From positions 18,726,001 through 18,790,000 of the forward strand of contig CM119371.1 in assembly GCA_051294905.1 (NCBI GenBank): DNA of 64,000 nt. The letters run 5' to 3'. The notes beneath the pieces were generated by a model. It saw only the letters and a list, made by a program, of their open reading frames with translations. It was not told the origin of the DNA and ran no database searches. The DNA is from Botryllus schlosseri. Taxonomy: Eukaryota. A program made the position numbers and the translations under genes. Every line of letters starts with the position of its first letter. Position 1 is the stretch's first letter. Of this stretch, positions 39,480 through 53,800 are shown one piece after another.

Positions 39480-42400
39480 ATTTGATCGCTGCGCTGTATT
39501 CACGTATGAAGTATCGCGCGAAATTTGTAATTGTAGTCGGCCTAACGCATTTTCATTATATCGCAATCGTCTTAGAGAAACGGACAATGTCACATAAAAC
39601 GGCAGAAACTGTCTCGATCTGTCGCCTACGACCATACCACTTTGAATATACCCGATCTCGTCCGATCTCGGAAGTCAAGTAACGTTGGGCCCGGTTAGTA
39701 CTTGCATGGGTGACCGGCTGGGAATACCGGGTGTAGGTAGGCGGCTTTTGCATTTTTTGTGCGCAAACTCGATCGTTTTGATTGCAACTGTTTTGTATGC
39801 GCACGTAGGCCTACGTACAACTATGATTGTCATCATTTGCTGGCCGCCGCTTATTTCAATTGGTAGTTATACTAGGCCTGACACATTGTCATTATATCGA
39901 AATCTCGTGCTGTTTTCACATGACGAAAAGTGCAATAAAATAACTACTCTGACAGCGAGAGCTTACTTGTGTGTTTGTCGACAAGATACAAGAACAGAGC
40001 AGGACGCCAATGATATTCGACCTCTAATTGGTCAGAAAGTGCCTCGGCGCAATAAGACTATCTACTATTCTGGCGTCTCGTCGACAGCATGGCGACGGAA
40101 ATTGTCACATAAAACGGCACAGATCGTAACCACTGTCGCCTACGACCATACCACGTTGAATATACCCGATCTCGTCCGATCTCGGAAGTCGAGCAACGTT
40201 GGGCCCGGTTAGTACTTGCATGGGTGACCGGCTGGGAATACCGGGTGTAGTAGACGGCTTTTTCATTTTTTTCGCACAAACTCGATCAATTTGATCGCTG
40301 CGCTGTATTCACGTATGAAGTATCGCGCGAAATTTGTAATTGTAGTCGGCCTAACACATTTTCATGATATCGCAATCTCGTGCTGTTTTGACATGACGAA
40401 AATTCCAATAAAATAACTACTCTGACAGCGAGAGCTTACTTGTCTGTTTTTCGACCAGACACAAGAACAGAGCAGGACGCCAATGATATTCGACCTCTAG
40501 TTGGTCAGAAAGTGCCTCGGCGCAATAAGACTATCTACTATTCTGGCGTCTCGTCGACAGCATGGCGACGGAAATTGTCACATAAAACGGCACAGATCGT
40601 AACCACTGTCGCCTACGACCATACCACGTTGAATATACCCGATCTCGTCCGATCTCGGAAGTCAAGCAACGTTGGGCCCGGTTAGTACTTGCATGGGTGA
40701 CCGGCTGGGAATACCGGGTGTAGTAGACGGCTTTTTCATTTTTTTCGCACAAACTCGATCAATTTGATCGCTGCGCTGTATTCACGTATGAAGTATCGCG
40801 CGAAATTTGTAATTGTAGTCGGCCTAACACATTTTCATGATATCGAAATCTCGTGCTGTTTTTACATGACGAAAATTCCAATAAAATAACTACTCTGACA
40901 GCGAGAGCTTACCTGTCTGTTTTTCGACCAGACACAAGAACAGAGCAGGACGCCAATGATATTCGACCTCTTGTTGGTCAGAAAGTGCCTCGGCGCAATA
41001 AGACTATCTATACTATTCTGGCGTCTCGTCGACAGCATGTCGACGGAAATTGTCACATAAAACGGCACAGATCGTAACCACTGTCGCCTACGACCATACC
41101 ACGTTGAATATACCCGATCTCGTCCGATTTCGGAAGTCAAGCAACGTTGGGCCCGGTTAGTACTTGCATGGGTGACCGGCTGGGAATACCGGGTGTAGTA
41201 GGCGGCTTTTTCATTTTTTTCGCACAAACTCGATCAATTTGATCGCTGCGCTGTATTCACGTATGAAGTATCGCGCGAAATTTGTAATTGTAGTCGGCCT
41301 AACACATTTTCATGATATCGCAATCTCGTGCTGTTTTGACATGACGAAAATTCCAATAAAATAACTACTCTGACAGCGAGAGCTTACTTGTCTGTTTTTC
41401 GACCAGACACAAGAACAGAGCAGGACGACAATGATATTCGACTTCTAGTTGGTCAGAAAGTGCCTCGGCGCAATAAGACTATCTACTATTCTGGCGTCTC
41501 GTCGACAGCATGGCGACGGAAATTGTCACATAAAACGGCACAGATCGTAACCACTGTCGCCTACGACCATACCGCGTTGAATATACCCGATCTCGTCCGA
41601 TCTCGGAAGTCAAGTAACGTTGGGCCCGGTTAGTACTTGCATGGGTGACCGGCTGGGAATACCGGGTGTAGGTAGGCGGCTTTTGCATTTTTTGTGCGCA
41701 AACTCGATCGTTTTGATTGCAACTGTTTTGTATGCGCACGTAGGCCTACGTACAACTATGATTGTCATCATTTGCTGGCCGCCGCTTATTTCAATTGGTA
41801 GTTATACTAGGCCTGACACATTGTCATTATATCGAAATCTCGTGCTGTTTTCACATGACGAAAAGTGCAATAAAATAACTACTCTGACAGCGAGAGCTTA
41901 CTTGTGTGTTTGTCGACAAGATACAAGAACAGAGCAGGACGCCAATGATATTCGACCTCTAATTGGTCAGAAAGTGCCTCGGCGCAATAAGACTATCTAC
42001 TATTCTGGCGTCTCGTCGACAGCATGGCGACGGAAATTGTCACATAAAACGGCACAGATCGTAACCACTGTCGCCTACGACCATACCACGTTGAATATAC
42101 CCGATCTCGTCCGATCTCGGAAGTCGAGCAACGTTGGGCCCGGTTAGTACTTGCATGGGTGACCGGCTGGGAATACCGGGTGTAGTAGACGGCTTTTTCA
42201 TTTTTTTCGCACAAACTCGATCAATTTGATCGCTGCGCTGTATTCACGTATGAAGTATCGCGCGAAATTTGTAATTGTAGTCGGCCTAACGCATTTTCAT
42301 TATATCGCAATCGTCTTAGAGAAACGGACAATGTCACATAAAACGGCAGAAACTGTCTCGATCTGTCGCCTACGACCATACCACGTTGAATATACCCGAT

Positions 42401-44930
42401 CTCGTCCGATCTCGGAAGTCAAGTAACGTTGGGCCCGGTTAGTACTTGCATGGGTGACCGGCTGGGAATACCGGGTGTAGGTAGGCGGCTTTTGCATTTT
42501 TTGTGCGCAAACTCGATCGTTTTGATTGCAACTGTTTTGTATGCGCACGTAGGCCTACGTACAACTATGATTGTCATCATTTGCTGGCCGCCGCTTATTT
42601 CAATTGGTAGTTATACTAGGCCTGACACATTGTCATTATATCGAAATCTCGTGCTGTTTTCACATGACGAAAAGTGCAATAAAATAACTACTCTGACAGC
42701 GAGAGCTTACTTGTGTGTTTGTCGACAAGATACAAGAACAGAGCAGGACGCCAATGATATTCGACCTCTAATTGGTCAGAAAGTGCCTCGGCGCAATAAG
42801 ACTATCTACTATTCTGGCGTCTCGTCGACAGCATGGCGACGGAAATTGTCACATAAAACGGCACAGATCGTAACCACTGTCGCCTACGACCATACCACGT
42901 TGAATATACCCGATCTCGTCCGATCTCGGAAGTCGAGCAACGTTGGGCCCGGTTAGTACTTGCATGGGTGACCGGCTGGGAATACCGGGTGTAGTAGACG
43001 GCTTTTTCATTTTTTTCGCACAAACTCGATCAATTTGATCGCTGCGCTGTATTCACGTATGAAGTATCGCGCGAAATTTGTAATTGTAGTCGGCCTAACA
43101 CATTTTCATGATATCGCAATCTCGTGCTGTTTTGACATGACGAAAATTCCAATAAAATAACTACTCTGACAGCGAGAGCTTACTTGTCTGTTTTTCGACC
43201 AGACACAAGAACAGAGCAGGACGCCAATGATATTCGACCTCTAGTTGGTCAGAAAGTGCCTCGGCGCAATAAGACTATCTACTATTCTGGCGTCTCGTCG
43301 ACAGCATGGCGACGGAAATTGTCACATAAAACGGCACAGATCGTAACCACTGTCGCCTACGACCATACCACGTTGAATATACCCGATCTCGTCCGATCTC
43401 GGAAGTCAAGCAACGTTGGGCCCGGTTAGTACTTGCATGGGTGACCGGCTGGGAATACCGGGTGTAGTAGACGGCTTTTTCATTTTTTTCGCACAAACTC
43501 GATCAATTTGATCGCTGCGCTGTATTCACGTATGAAGTATCGCGCGAAATTTGTAATTGTAGTCGGCCTAACACATTTTCATGATATCGAAATCTCGTGC
43601 TGTTTTTACATGACGAAAATTCCAATAAAATAACTACTCTGACATCGAGAGCTTACTTGTCTGTTTTTCGACCAGACACAAGAACAGAGCAGGACGCCAA
43701 TGATATTCGACCTCTTGTTGGTCAGAAAGTGCCTCGGCGCAATAAGACTATCTATACTATTCTGGCGTCTCGTCGACAGCATGTCGACGGAAATTGTCAC
43801 ATAAAACGGCACAGATCGTAACCACTGTCGCCTACGACCATACCACGTTGAATATACCCGATCTCGTCCGATTTCGGAAGTCAAGCAACGTTGGGCCCGG
43901 TTAGTACTTGCATGGGTGACCGGCTGGGAATACCGGGTGTAGTAGGCGGCTTTTTCATTTTTTTCGCACAAACTCGATCAATTTGATCGCTGCGCTGTAT
44001 TCACGTATGAAGTATCGCGCGAAATTTGTAATTGTAGTCGGCCTAACACATTTTCATGATATCGCAATCTCGTGCTGTTTTGACATGACGAAAATTCCAA
44101 TAAAATAACTACTCTGACAGCGAGAGCTTACTTGTCTGTTTTTCGACCAGACACAAGAACAGAGCAGGACGACAATGATATTCGACTTCTAGTTGGTCAG
44201 AAAGTGCCTCGGCGCAATAAGACTATCTACTATTCTGGCGTCTCGTCGACAGCATGGCGACGGAAATTGTCACATAAAACGGCACAGATCGTAACCACTG
44301 TCGCCTACGACCATACCGCGTTGAATATACCCGATCTCGTCCGATCTCGGAAGTCAAGTAACGTTGGGCCCGGTTAGTACTTGCATGGGTGACCGGCTGG
44401 GAATACCGGGTGTAGGTAGGCGGCTTTTGCATTTTTTGTGCGCAAACTCGATCGTTTTGATTGCAACTGTTTTGTATGCGCACGTAGGCCTACGTACAAC
44501 TATGATTGTCATCATTTGCTGGCCGCCGCTTATTTCAATTGGTAGTTATACTAGGCCTGACACATTGTCATTATATCGAAATCTCGTGCTGTTTTCACAT
44601 GACGAAAAGTGCAATAAAATAACTACTCTGACAGCGAGAGCTTACTTGTGTGTTTGTCGACAAGATACAAGAACTCAGCAGGACGCCAATGATATTCGAC
44701 CTCTAATTGGTCAGAAAGTGCCTCGGCGCAATAAGACTATCTACTATTCTGGCGTCTCGTCGACAGCATGGCGACGGAAATTGTCACATAAAACGGCACA
44801 GATCGTAACCACTGTCGCCTACGACCATACCACGTTGAATATACCCGATCTCGTCCGATCTCGGAAGTCGAGCAACGTTGGGCCCGGTTAGTACTTGCAT
44901 GGGTGACCGGCTGGGAATACCGGGTGTAGT
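39480..44930. repeat. Higher-order duplication, period 2744 bp (approximate)
   Basis: 39482/42226, 40853/43597, 41620/44364. Confidence 0.8.
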
Positions 44931-47900
44931 AGGCGGCTTTTTCATTTTTTTTCGCACAAACTCGATCAATTTGATCGCTGCGCTGTATTCACGTATGAAG
45001 TATCGCGCGAAATTTGTAATTGTAGTCGGCCTAACACATTTTCATGATATCGCAATCTCGTGCTGTTTTGACATGACGAAAATTCCAATAAAATAACTAC
45101 TCTGACAGCGAGAGCTTACTTGTCTGTTTTTGGACCAGACACAAGAACAGAGCAGGACGCCAATGATATTCGACTTCTAGTTGGTCAGAAAGTGCCTCGG
45201 CGCAATAAGACTATCTACTATTCTGGCGTCTCGTCGACAGCATGGCGACGGAAATTGTCACATAAAACGGCACAGATCGTAACCACTGTCGCCTACGACC
45301 ATACCGCGTTGAATATACCCGATCTCGTCCGATCTCGGAAGTCAAGCAACGTTGGGCCCGGTTAGTACTTGCATGGGTGACCGGCTGGGAATACCGGGTG
45401 TAGGTAGGCGGCTTTTGCATTTTTTGTGCGCAAACTCGATCGTTTTGATTGCAACTGTTTTGTATGCGCACGTAGGCCTACGTACAACTATGATTGTCAT
45501 CATTTGCTGGCCGCCGCTTATTTCAATTGGTAGTTATACTAGGCCTGACACATTGTCATTATATCGAAATCTCGTGCTGTTTTCACATGACGAAAAGTGC
45601 AATAAAATAACTACTCTGACAGCGAGAGCTTACTTGTGTGTTTGTCGACAAGATACAAGAACAGAGCAGGACGCCAATGATATTCGACCTCTAATTGGTC
45701 AGAAAGTGCCTCGGCGCAATAAGACTATCTACTATTCTGGCGTCTCGTCGACAGCATGGCGACGGAAATTGTCACATAAAACGGCACAGATCGTAACCAC
45801 TGTCGCCTACGACCATACCACGTTGAATATACCCGATCTCGTCCGATCTCGGTAGTCGAGCAACGTTGGGCCCGGTTAGTACTTGCATGGGTGACCGGCT
45901 GGGAATACCGGGTGTAGTAGACGGCTTTTTCATTTTTTTCGCACAAACTCGATCAATTTGATCGCTGCGCTGTATTCACGTATGAAGTATCGCGCGAAAT
46001 TTGTAATTGTAGTCGGCCTAACACATTTTCATGATATCGCAATCTCGTGCTGTTTTGACATGACGAAAATTCCAATAAAATAACTACTCTGACAGCGAGA
46101 GCTTACTTGTCTGTTTTTCGACCAGACACAAGAACAGAGCAGGACGCCAATGATATTCGACCTCTAGTTGGTCAGAAAGTGCCTCGGCGCAATAAGACTA
46201 TCTACTATTCTGGCGTCTCGTCGACAGCATGGCGACGGAAATTGTCACATAAAACGGCACAGATCGTAACCACTGTCGCCTACGACCATACCACGTTGAA
46301 TATACCCGATCTCGTCCGATCTCGGAAGTCAAGCAACGTTGGGCCCGGTTAGTACTTGCATGGGTGACCGGCTGGGAATACCGGGTGTAGTAGACGGCTT
46401 TTTCATTTTTTTCGCACAAACTCGATCAATTTGATCGCTGCGCTGTATTCACGTATGAAGTATCGCGCGAAATTTGTAATTGTAGTCGGCCTAACACATT
46501 TTCATGATATCGAAATCTCGTGCTGTTTTTACATGACGAAAATTCCAATAAAATAACTACTCTGACAGCGAGAGCTTACTTGTCTGTTTTTCGACCAGAC
46601 ACAAGAACAGAGCAGGACGCCAATGATATTCGACCTCTTGTTGGTCAGAAAGTGCCTCGGCGCAATAAGACTATCTATACTATTCTGGCGTCTCGTCGAC
46701 AGCATGGCGACGGAAATTGTCACATAAAACGGCACAGATCGTAACCACTGTCGCCTACGACCATACCACGTTGAATATACCCGATCTCGTCCGATCTCGG
46801 AAGTCAAGCAACGTTGGGCCCGGTTAGTACTTGCATGGGTGACCGGCTGGGAATACCGGGTGTAGTAGGCGGCTTTTTCATTTTTTTCGCACAAACTCGA
46901 TCAATTTGATCGCTGCGCTGTATTCACGTATGAAGTATCGCGCGAAATTTGTAATTGTAGTCGGCCTAACACATTTTCATGATATCGCAATCTCGTGCTG
47001 TTTTGACATGACGAAAATTCCAATAAAATAACTACTCTGACAGCGAGAGCTTACTTGTCTGTTTTTCGACCAGACACAAGAACAGAGCAGGACGACAATG
47101 ATATTCGACTTCTAGTTGGTCAGAAAGTGCCTCGGCGCAATAAGACTATCTACTATTCTGGCGTCTCGTCGATAGCATGGCGACGGAAATTGTCACATAA
47201 AACGGCACAGATCGTAACCACTGTCGCCTACGACCATACCGCGTTGAATATACCCGATCTCGTCCGATCTCGGAAGTCAAGCAACGTTGGGCCCGGTTAG
47301 TACTTGCATGGGTGACCGGCTGGGAATACCGGGTGTAGGTAGGCGGCTTTTGCATTTTTTGTGCGCAAACTCGATCGTTTTGATTGCAACTGTTTTGTAT
47401 GCGCACGTAGGCCTACGTACAACTATGATTGTCATCATTTGCTGGCCGCCGCTTATTTCAATTGGTAGTTATACTAGGCCTGACACATTGTCATTATATC
47501 GAAATCTCGTGCTGTTTTCACATGACGAAAAGTGCAATAAAATAACTACTCTGACAGCGAGAGCATACTTGTGTGTTTGTCGACAAGATACAAGAACAGA
47601 GCAGGACGCCAATGATATTCGACCTCTAGTTGGTCAGAAAGTGCCTCGGCGCAATAAGACTATCTATACTATTCTGGCGTCTCGTCGACAGCATGGCGAC
47701 GTAAATTGTCACTAAAAACGGCACAGATCGTAACCACTGTCGCCTACGACCATACCACGTTGAATATACCCGATCTCGTCCGATCTCGGAAGTCAAGCAA
47801 TGTTTGGCCCGGTTAGTACTTGCATGGGTGACCGGCTGGGAATACCGGGTGTAGTAGGCGGCTTTTTCATTTTTTTCGCACAAACTCGATCAATTTGATC

Positions 47901-48331
47901 GCTGCGCTGTATTCACGTATGAAGTATCGCGCGAAATTTGTAATTGTAGTCGGCCTAACGCATTTTCATTATATCGCAATCGTCTTAGAGAAACGGACAA
48001 TGTCACATAAAACGGCAGAAACTGTCACGATCTGTCGCCTACGACCATACCACGTTGAATATACCCGATCTCGTCCGATCTCGGAAGTCAAGTAACGTTG
48101 GGCCCGGTTAGTACTTGCATGGGTGACCGGCTGGGAATACCGGGTGTAGTAGGCGGCTTTTTCATTTTTTTCGCACAAACTCGATCAATTTGATCGCTGC
48201 GCTGTATTCACGTATGAAGTATCGCGCGAAATTTGTAATTGTAGTCGGCCTAACGCATTTTCATTATATCGCAATCGTCTAAAAGAAACGGATAATGTCA
48301 CATAAAACGGCAGAAACTGACACGATCTGTC

Positions 48332-48440
48332 GCCTACGACCATACCACGTTGAATATACCCGATCTCGGAAGTCAAGTAACGTTGGGCCCGGTTAGTACT
48401 TGCATGGGTGACCGGCTGGGAATACCGGGTGTAGGTAGGC
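48332..48440 (+). pseudogene. 5S pseudogene, 10-bp deletion plus +G 3' variant
   Basis: Deletion allele joined to the GTGTAGGTAGGC end and an XL spacer. Confidence 0.85.
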
Positions 48441-50709
48441 GGCTTTTGCATTTTTTGTGCGCAAACTCGATCGTTTTGATTGCAACTGTTTTGTATGCGC
48501 ACGTAGGCCTACGTACAACTATGATTGTCATCATTTGCTGGCCGCCGCTTATTTCAATTGGTAGTTATACTAGGCCTGACACATTGTCATTATATCGAAA
48601 TCTCGTGCTGTTTTCACATGACGAAAAGTGCAATAAAATAACTACTCTGACAGCGAGAGCTTACTTGTGTGTTTGTCGACAAGATACAAGAACAGAGCAG
48701 GACGCCAATGATATTCGACCTCTAATTGGTCAGAAAGTGCCTCGGCGCAATAAGACTATCTACTATTCTGGCGTCTCGTCGACAGCATGGCGACGGAAAT
48801 TGTCACATAAAACGGCACAGATCGTAACCACTGTCGCCTACGACCATACCACGTTGAATATACCCGATCTCGTCCGATCTCGGAAGTCGAGCAACGTTGG
48901 GCCCGGTTAGTACTTGCATGGGTGACCGGCTGGGAATACCGGGTGTAGTAGGCGGCTTTTTCATTTTTTTCGCACAAACTCGATCAATTTGATCGCTGCG
49001 CTGTATTCACGTATGAAGTATCGCGCGAAATTTGTAATTGTAGTCGGCCTAACGCATTTTCATTATATCGCAATCGTCTTAGAGAAACGGACAATGTCAC
49101 ATAAAACGGCAGAAACTGTCTCGATTTGTCGCCTACGACCATACCACGTTGAATATACCCGATCTCGTCCGCTCTCGGAAGTCAAGTAACGTTGGGCCCG
49201 GTTAGTACTTGAATGGGTGACCGGCTGGGAATACCGGGTGTAGTAGGCGGCTTTTTCATTTTTTTCGCACAAACTCGATCAATTTGATCGCTGCGCTGTA
49301 TTCACGTATGAAGTATCGCGCGAAATTTGTAATTGTAGTCGGCCTAACACATTTTCATGATATCGCAATCTCGTGCTGTTTTGACATGACGAAAATTCCA
49401 ATAAAATAACTACTCTGACAGCGAGAGCTTACTTGTCTGTTTTTCGACCAGACACAAGAACAGAGCAGGACGACAATGATATTCGACTTCTAGTTGGTCA
49501 GAAAGTGCCTCGGCGCAATAAGACTATCTACTATTCTGGCGTCTCGTCGACAGCATGGCGACGGAAATTGTCACATAAAACGGCACAGATCGTAACCACT
49601 GTCGCCTACGACCATACCGCGTTGAATATACCCGATCTCGTCCGATCTCGGAAGTCAAGCAACGTTGGGCCCGGTTAGTACTTGCATGGGTGACCGGCTG
49701 GGAATACCGGGTGTAGGTAGGCGGCTTTTGCATTTTTTGTGCGCAAACTCGATCGTTTTGATTGCAACTGTTTTGTATGCGCACGTAGGCCTACGTACAA
49801 CTATGATTGTCATCATTTGCTGGCCGCCGCTTATTTCAATTGGTAGTTATACTAGGCCTGACACATTGTCATTATATCGAAATCTCGTGCTGTTTTCACA
49901 TGACGAAAAGTGCAATAAAATAACTACTCTGACAGCGAGAGCATACTTGTGTGTTTGTCGACAAGATACAAGAACAGAGCAGGACGCCAATGATATTCGA
50001 CCTCTAGTTGGTCAGAAAGTGCCTCGGCGCAATAAGACTATCTATACTATTCTGGCGTCTCGTCGACAGCATGGCGACGTAAATTGTCACTAAAAACGGC
50101 ACAGATCGTAACCACTGTCGCCTACGACCATACCACGTTGAATATACCCGATCTCGTCCGATCTCGGAAGTCAAGCAATGTTTGGCCCGGTTAGTACTTG
50201 CATGGGTGACCGGCTGGGAATACCGGGTGTAGTAGGCGGCTTTTTCATTTTTTTCGCACAAACTCGATCAATTTGATCGCTGCGCTGTATTCACGTATGA
50301 AGTATCGCGCGAAATTTGTAATTGTAGTCGGCCTAACGCATTTTCATTATATCGCAATCGTCTTAGAGAAACGGACAATGTCACATAAAACGGCAGAAAC
50401 TGTCACGATCTGTCGCCTACGACCATACCACGTTGAATATACCCGATCTCGTCCGATCTCGGAAGTCAAGTAACGTTGGGCCCGGTTAGTACTTGCATGG
50501 GTGACCGGCTGGGAATACCGGGTGTAGTAGGCGGCTTTTTCATTTTTTTCGCACAAACTCGATCAATTTGATCGCTGCGCTGTATTCACGTATGAAGTAT
50601 CGCGCGAAATTTGTAATTGTAGTCGGCCTAACGCATTTTCATTATATCGCAATCGTCTAAAAGAAACGGATAATGTCACATAAAACGGCAGAAACTGACA
50701 CGATCTGTC

Positions 50710-50818
50710 GCCTACGACCATACCACGTTGAATATACCCGATCTCGGAAGTCAAGTAACGTTGGGCCCGGTTAGTACTTGCATGGGTGACCGGCTGGGAA
50801 TACCGGGTGTAGGTAGGC
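50710..50818 (+). pseudogene. 5S pseudogene, 10-bp deletion plus +G 3' variant
   Basis: As 48332 (2378-bp duplication). Confidence 0.85.
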
Positions 50819-53800
50819 GGCTTTTGCATTTTTTGTGCGCAAACTCGATCGTTTTGATTGCAACTGTTTTGTATGCGCACGTAGGCCTACGTACAACTAT
50901 GATTGTCATCATTTGCTGGCCGCCGCTTATTTCAATTGGTAGTTATACTAGGCCTGACACATTGTCATTATATCGAAATCTCGTGCTGTTTTCACATGAC
51001 GAAAAGTGCAATAAAATAACTACTCTGACAGCGAGAGCTTACTTGTGTGTTTGTCGACAAGATACAAGAACAGAGCAGGACGCCAATGATATTCGACCTC
51101 TAATTGGTCAGAAAGTGCCTCGGCGCAATAAGACTATCTACTATTCTGGCGTCTCGTCGACAGCATGGCGACGGAAATTGTCACATAAAACGGCACAGAT
51201 CGTAACCACTGTCGCCTACGACCATACCACGTTGAATATACCCGATCTCGTCCGATCTCGGAAGTCGAGCAACGTTGGGCCCGGTTAGTACTTGCATGGG
51301 TGACCGGCTGGGAATACCGGGTGTAGTAGGCGGCTTTTTCATTTTTTTCGCACAAACTCGATCAATTTGATCGCTGCGCTGTATTCACGTATGAAGTATC
51401 GCGCGAAATTTGTAATTGTAGTCGGCCTAACGCATTTTCATTATATCGCAATCGTCTTAGAGAAACGGACAATGTCACATAAAACGGCAGAAACTGTCTC
51501 GATTTGTCGCCTACGACCATACCACGTTGAATATACCCGATCTCGTCCGCTCTCGGAAGTCAAGTAACGTTGGGCCCGGTTAGTACTTGAATGGGTGACC
51601 GGCTGGGAATACCGGGTGTAGTAGGCGGCTTTTTCATTTTTTTCGCACAAACTCGATCAATTTGATCGCTGCGCTGTATTCACGTATGAAGTATCGCGCG
51701 AAATTTGTAATTGTAGTCGGCCTAACGCATTTTCATTATATCGCAATCGTCTTAGAGAAACGGACAATGTCACATAAAACGGCAGAAACTGTCTCGATCT
51801 GTCGCCTACGACCATACCACGTTGAATATACCCGATCTCGTCCGATCTCGGAAGTCAAGTAACGTTGGGCCCGGTTAGTACTTGCATGGGTGACCGGCTG
51901 GGAATACCGGGTGTAGTAGGCGGCTTTTTCATTTTTTTCGCACAAACTCGATCAATTTGATCGCTGCGCTGTATTCACGTATGAAGTATCGCGCGAAATT
52001 TGTAATTGTAGTCGGCCTAACGCATTTTCATTATATCGCATCGTCTTAGAGAAACGGACAATGTCACATAAAACGGCAGAAACTGTCTCGATCTGTCGCC
52101 TACGACCATACCACGTTGAATATACCCGATCTCGTCCGATCTCGGAAGTCAAGTAACGTTGGGCACGGTTAGTACTTGCATGGGTGACCGGCTGGGAATA
52201 CCGGGTGTAGTAGGCGGCTTTTTCATTTTTTTCGCACAAACTCGATCAATTTGATCGCTGCGCTGTATTCACGTATGAAGTATCGCGCGAAATTTGTAAT
52301 TGTAGTCGGCCTAACGCATTTTCATTATATCGCAATCGTCTTAGAGAAACGGACAATGTCACATAAAACGGCAGAAACTGTCTCGATCTGTCGCCTACGA
52401 CCATACCACGTTGAATATACCCGATCTCGTCCGATCTCGGAAGTCAAGTAACGTTGGGCCCGGTTAGTACTTGCATGGGTGACCGGCTGGGAATACCGGG
52501 TGTAGTAGGCGGCATTTTCATTTTTTTCGCACAAACTCGATCAATTTGATCGCTGCGCTGTATTCACGTATGAAGTATCGCGCGAAATTTGTAATTGTAG
52601 TCGGCCTAACGCATTTTCATTATATCGCAATCGTCTTAGAGAAACGGACAATGTCACATAAAACGGCAGAAACTGTCTCGATCTGTCGCCTACGACCATA
52701 CCACGTTGAATATACCCGATCTCGTCCGATCTCGGAAGTCAAGTAACGTTGGGCCCGGTTAGTACTTGCATGGGTGACCGGCTGGGAATACCGGGTGTAG
52801 GTAGGCGGCTTTTGCATTTTTTGTGCGCAAACTCGATCGTTTTGATTGCAACTGTTTTGTATGCGCACGTAGGCCTACGTACAACTATGATTGTCATCAT
52901 TTGCTGGCCGCCGCTTATTTCAATTGGTAGTTATACTAGGCCTGACACATTGTCATTATATCGAAATCTCGTGCTGTTTTCACATGACGAAAAGTGCAAT
53001 AAAATAACTACTCTGACAGCGAGAGCTTACTTGTGTGTTTGTCGACAAGATACAAGAACAGAGCAGGACGCCAATGATATTCGACCTCTAATTGGTCAGA
53101 AAGTGCCTCGGCGCAATAAGACTATCTACTATTCTGGCGTCTCGTCGACAGCATGGCGACGGAAATTGTCACATAAAACGGCACAGATCGTAACCACTGT
53201 CGCCTACGACCATACCACGTTGAATATACCCGATCTCGTCCGATCTCGGAAGTCGAGCAACGTTGGGCCCGGTTAGTACTTGCATGGGTGACCGGCTGGG
53301 AATACCGGGTGTAGTAGACGGCTTTTTCATTTTTTTCGCACAAACTCGATCAATTTGATCGCTGCGCTGTATTCACGTATGAAGTATCGCGCGAAATTTG
53401 TAATTGTAGTCGGCCTAACGCATTTTCATTATATCGCAATCGTCTTAGAGAAACGGACAATGTCACATAAAACGGCAGAAACTGTCTCGATCTGTCGCCT
53501 ACGACCATACCACGTTGAATATACCCGATCTCGTCCGATCTCGGAAGTCAAGTAACGTTGGGCCCGGTTAGTACTTGCATGGGTGACCGGCTGGGAATAC
53601 CGGGTGTAGGTAGGCGGCTTTTGCATTTTTTGTGCGCAAACTCGATCGTTTTGATTGCAACTGTTTTGTATGCGCACGTAGGCCTACGTACAACTATGAT
53701 TGTCATCATTTGCTGGCCGCCGCTTATTTCAATTGGTAGTTATACTAGGCCTGACACATTGTCATTATATCGAAATCTCGTGCTGTTTTCACATGACGAA

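Larger units (their letters stand above)
46900..51700. repeat. Higher-order duplication, period 2378 bp (approximate)
   Basis: 47055/49433, 48350/50728, 48989/51367. Confidence 0.85.

Noticed and set aside
41026..41046. Perfect hairpin CGTCGACA-GCA-TGTCGACG in some L spacers
   Set aside because: It arises from a single G>T change in a minority lineage; no evidence of function.
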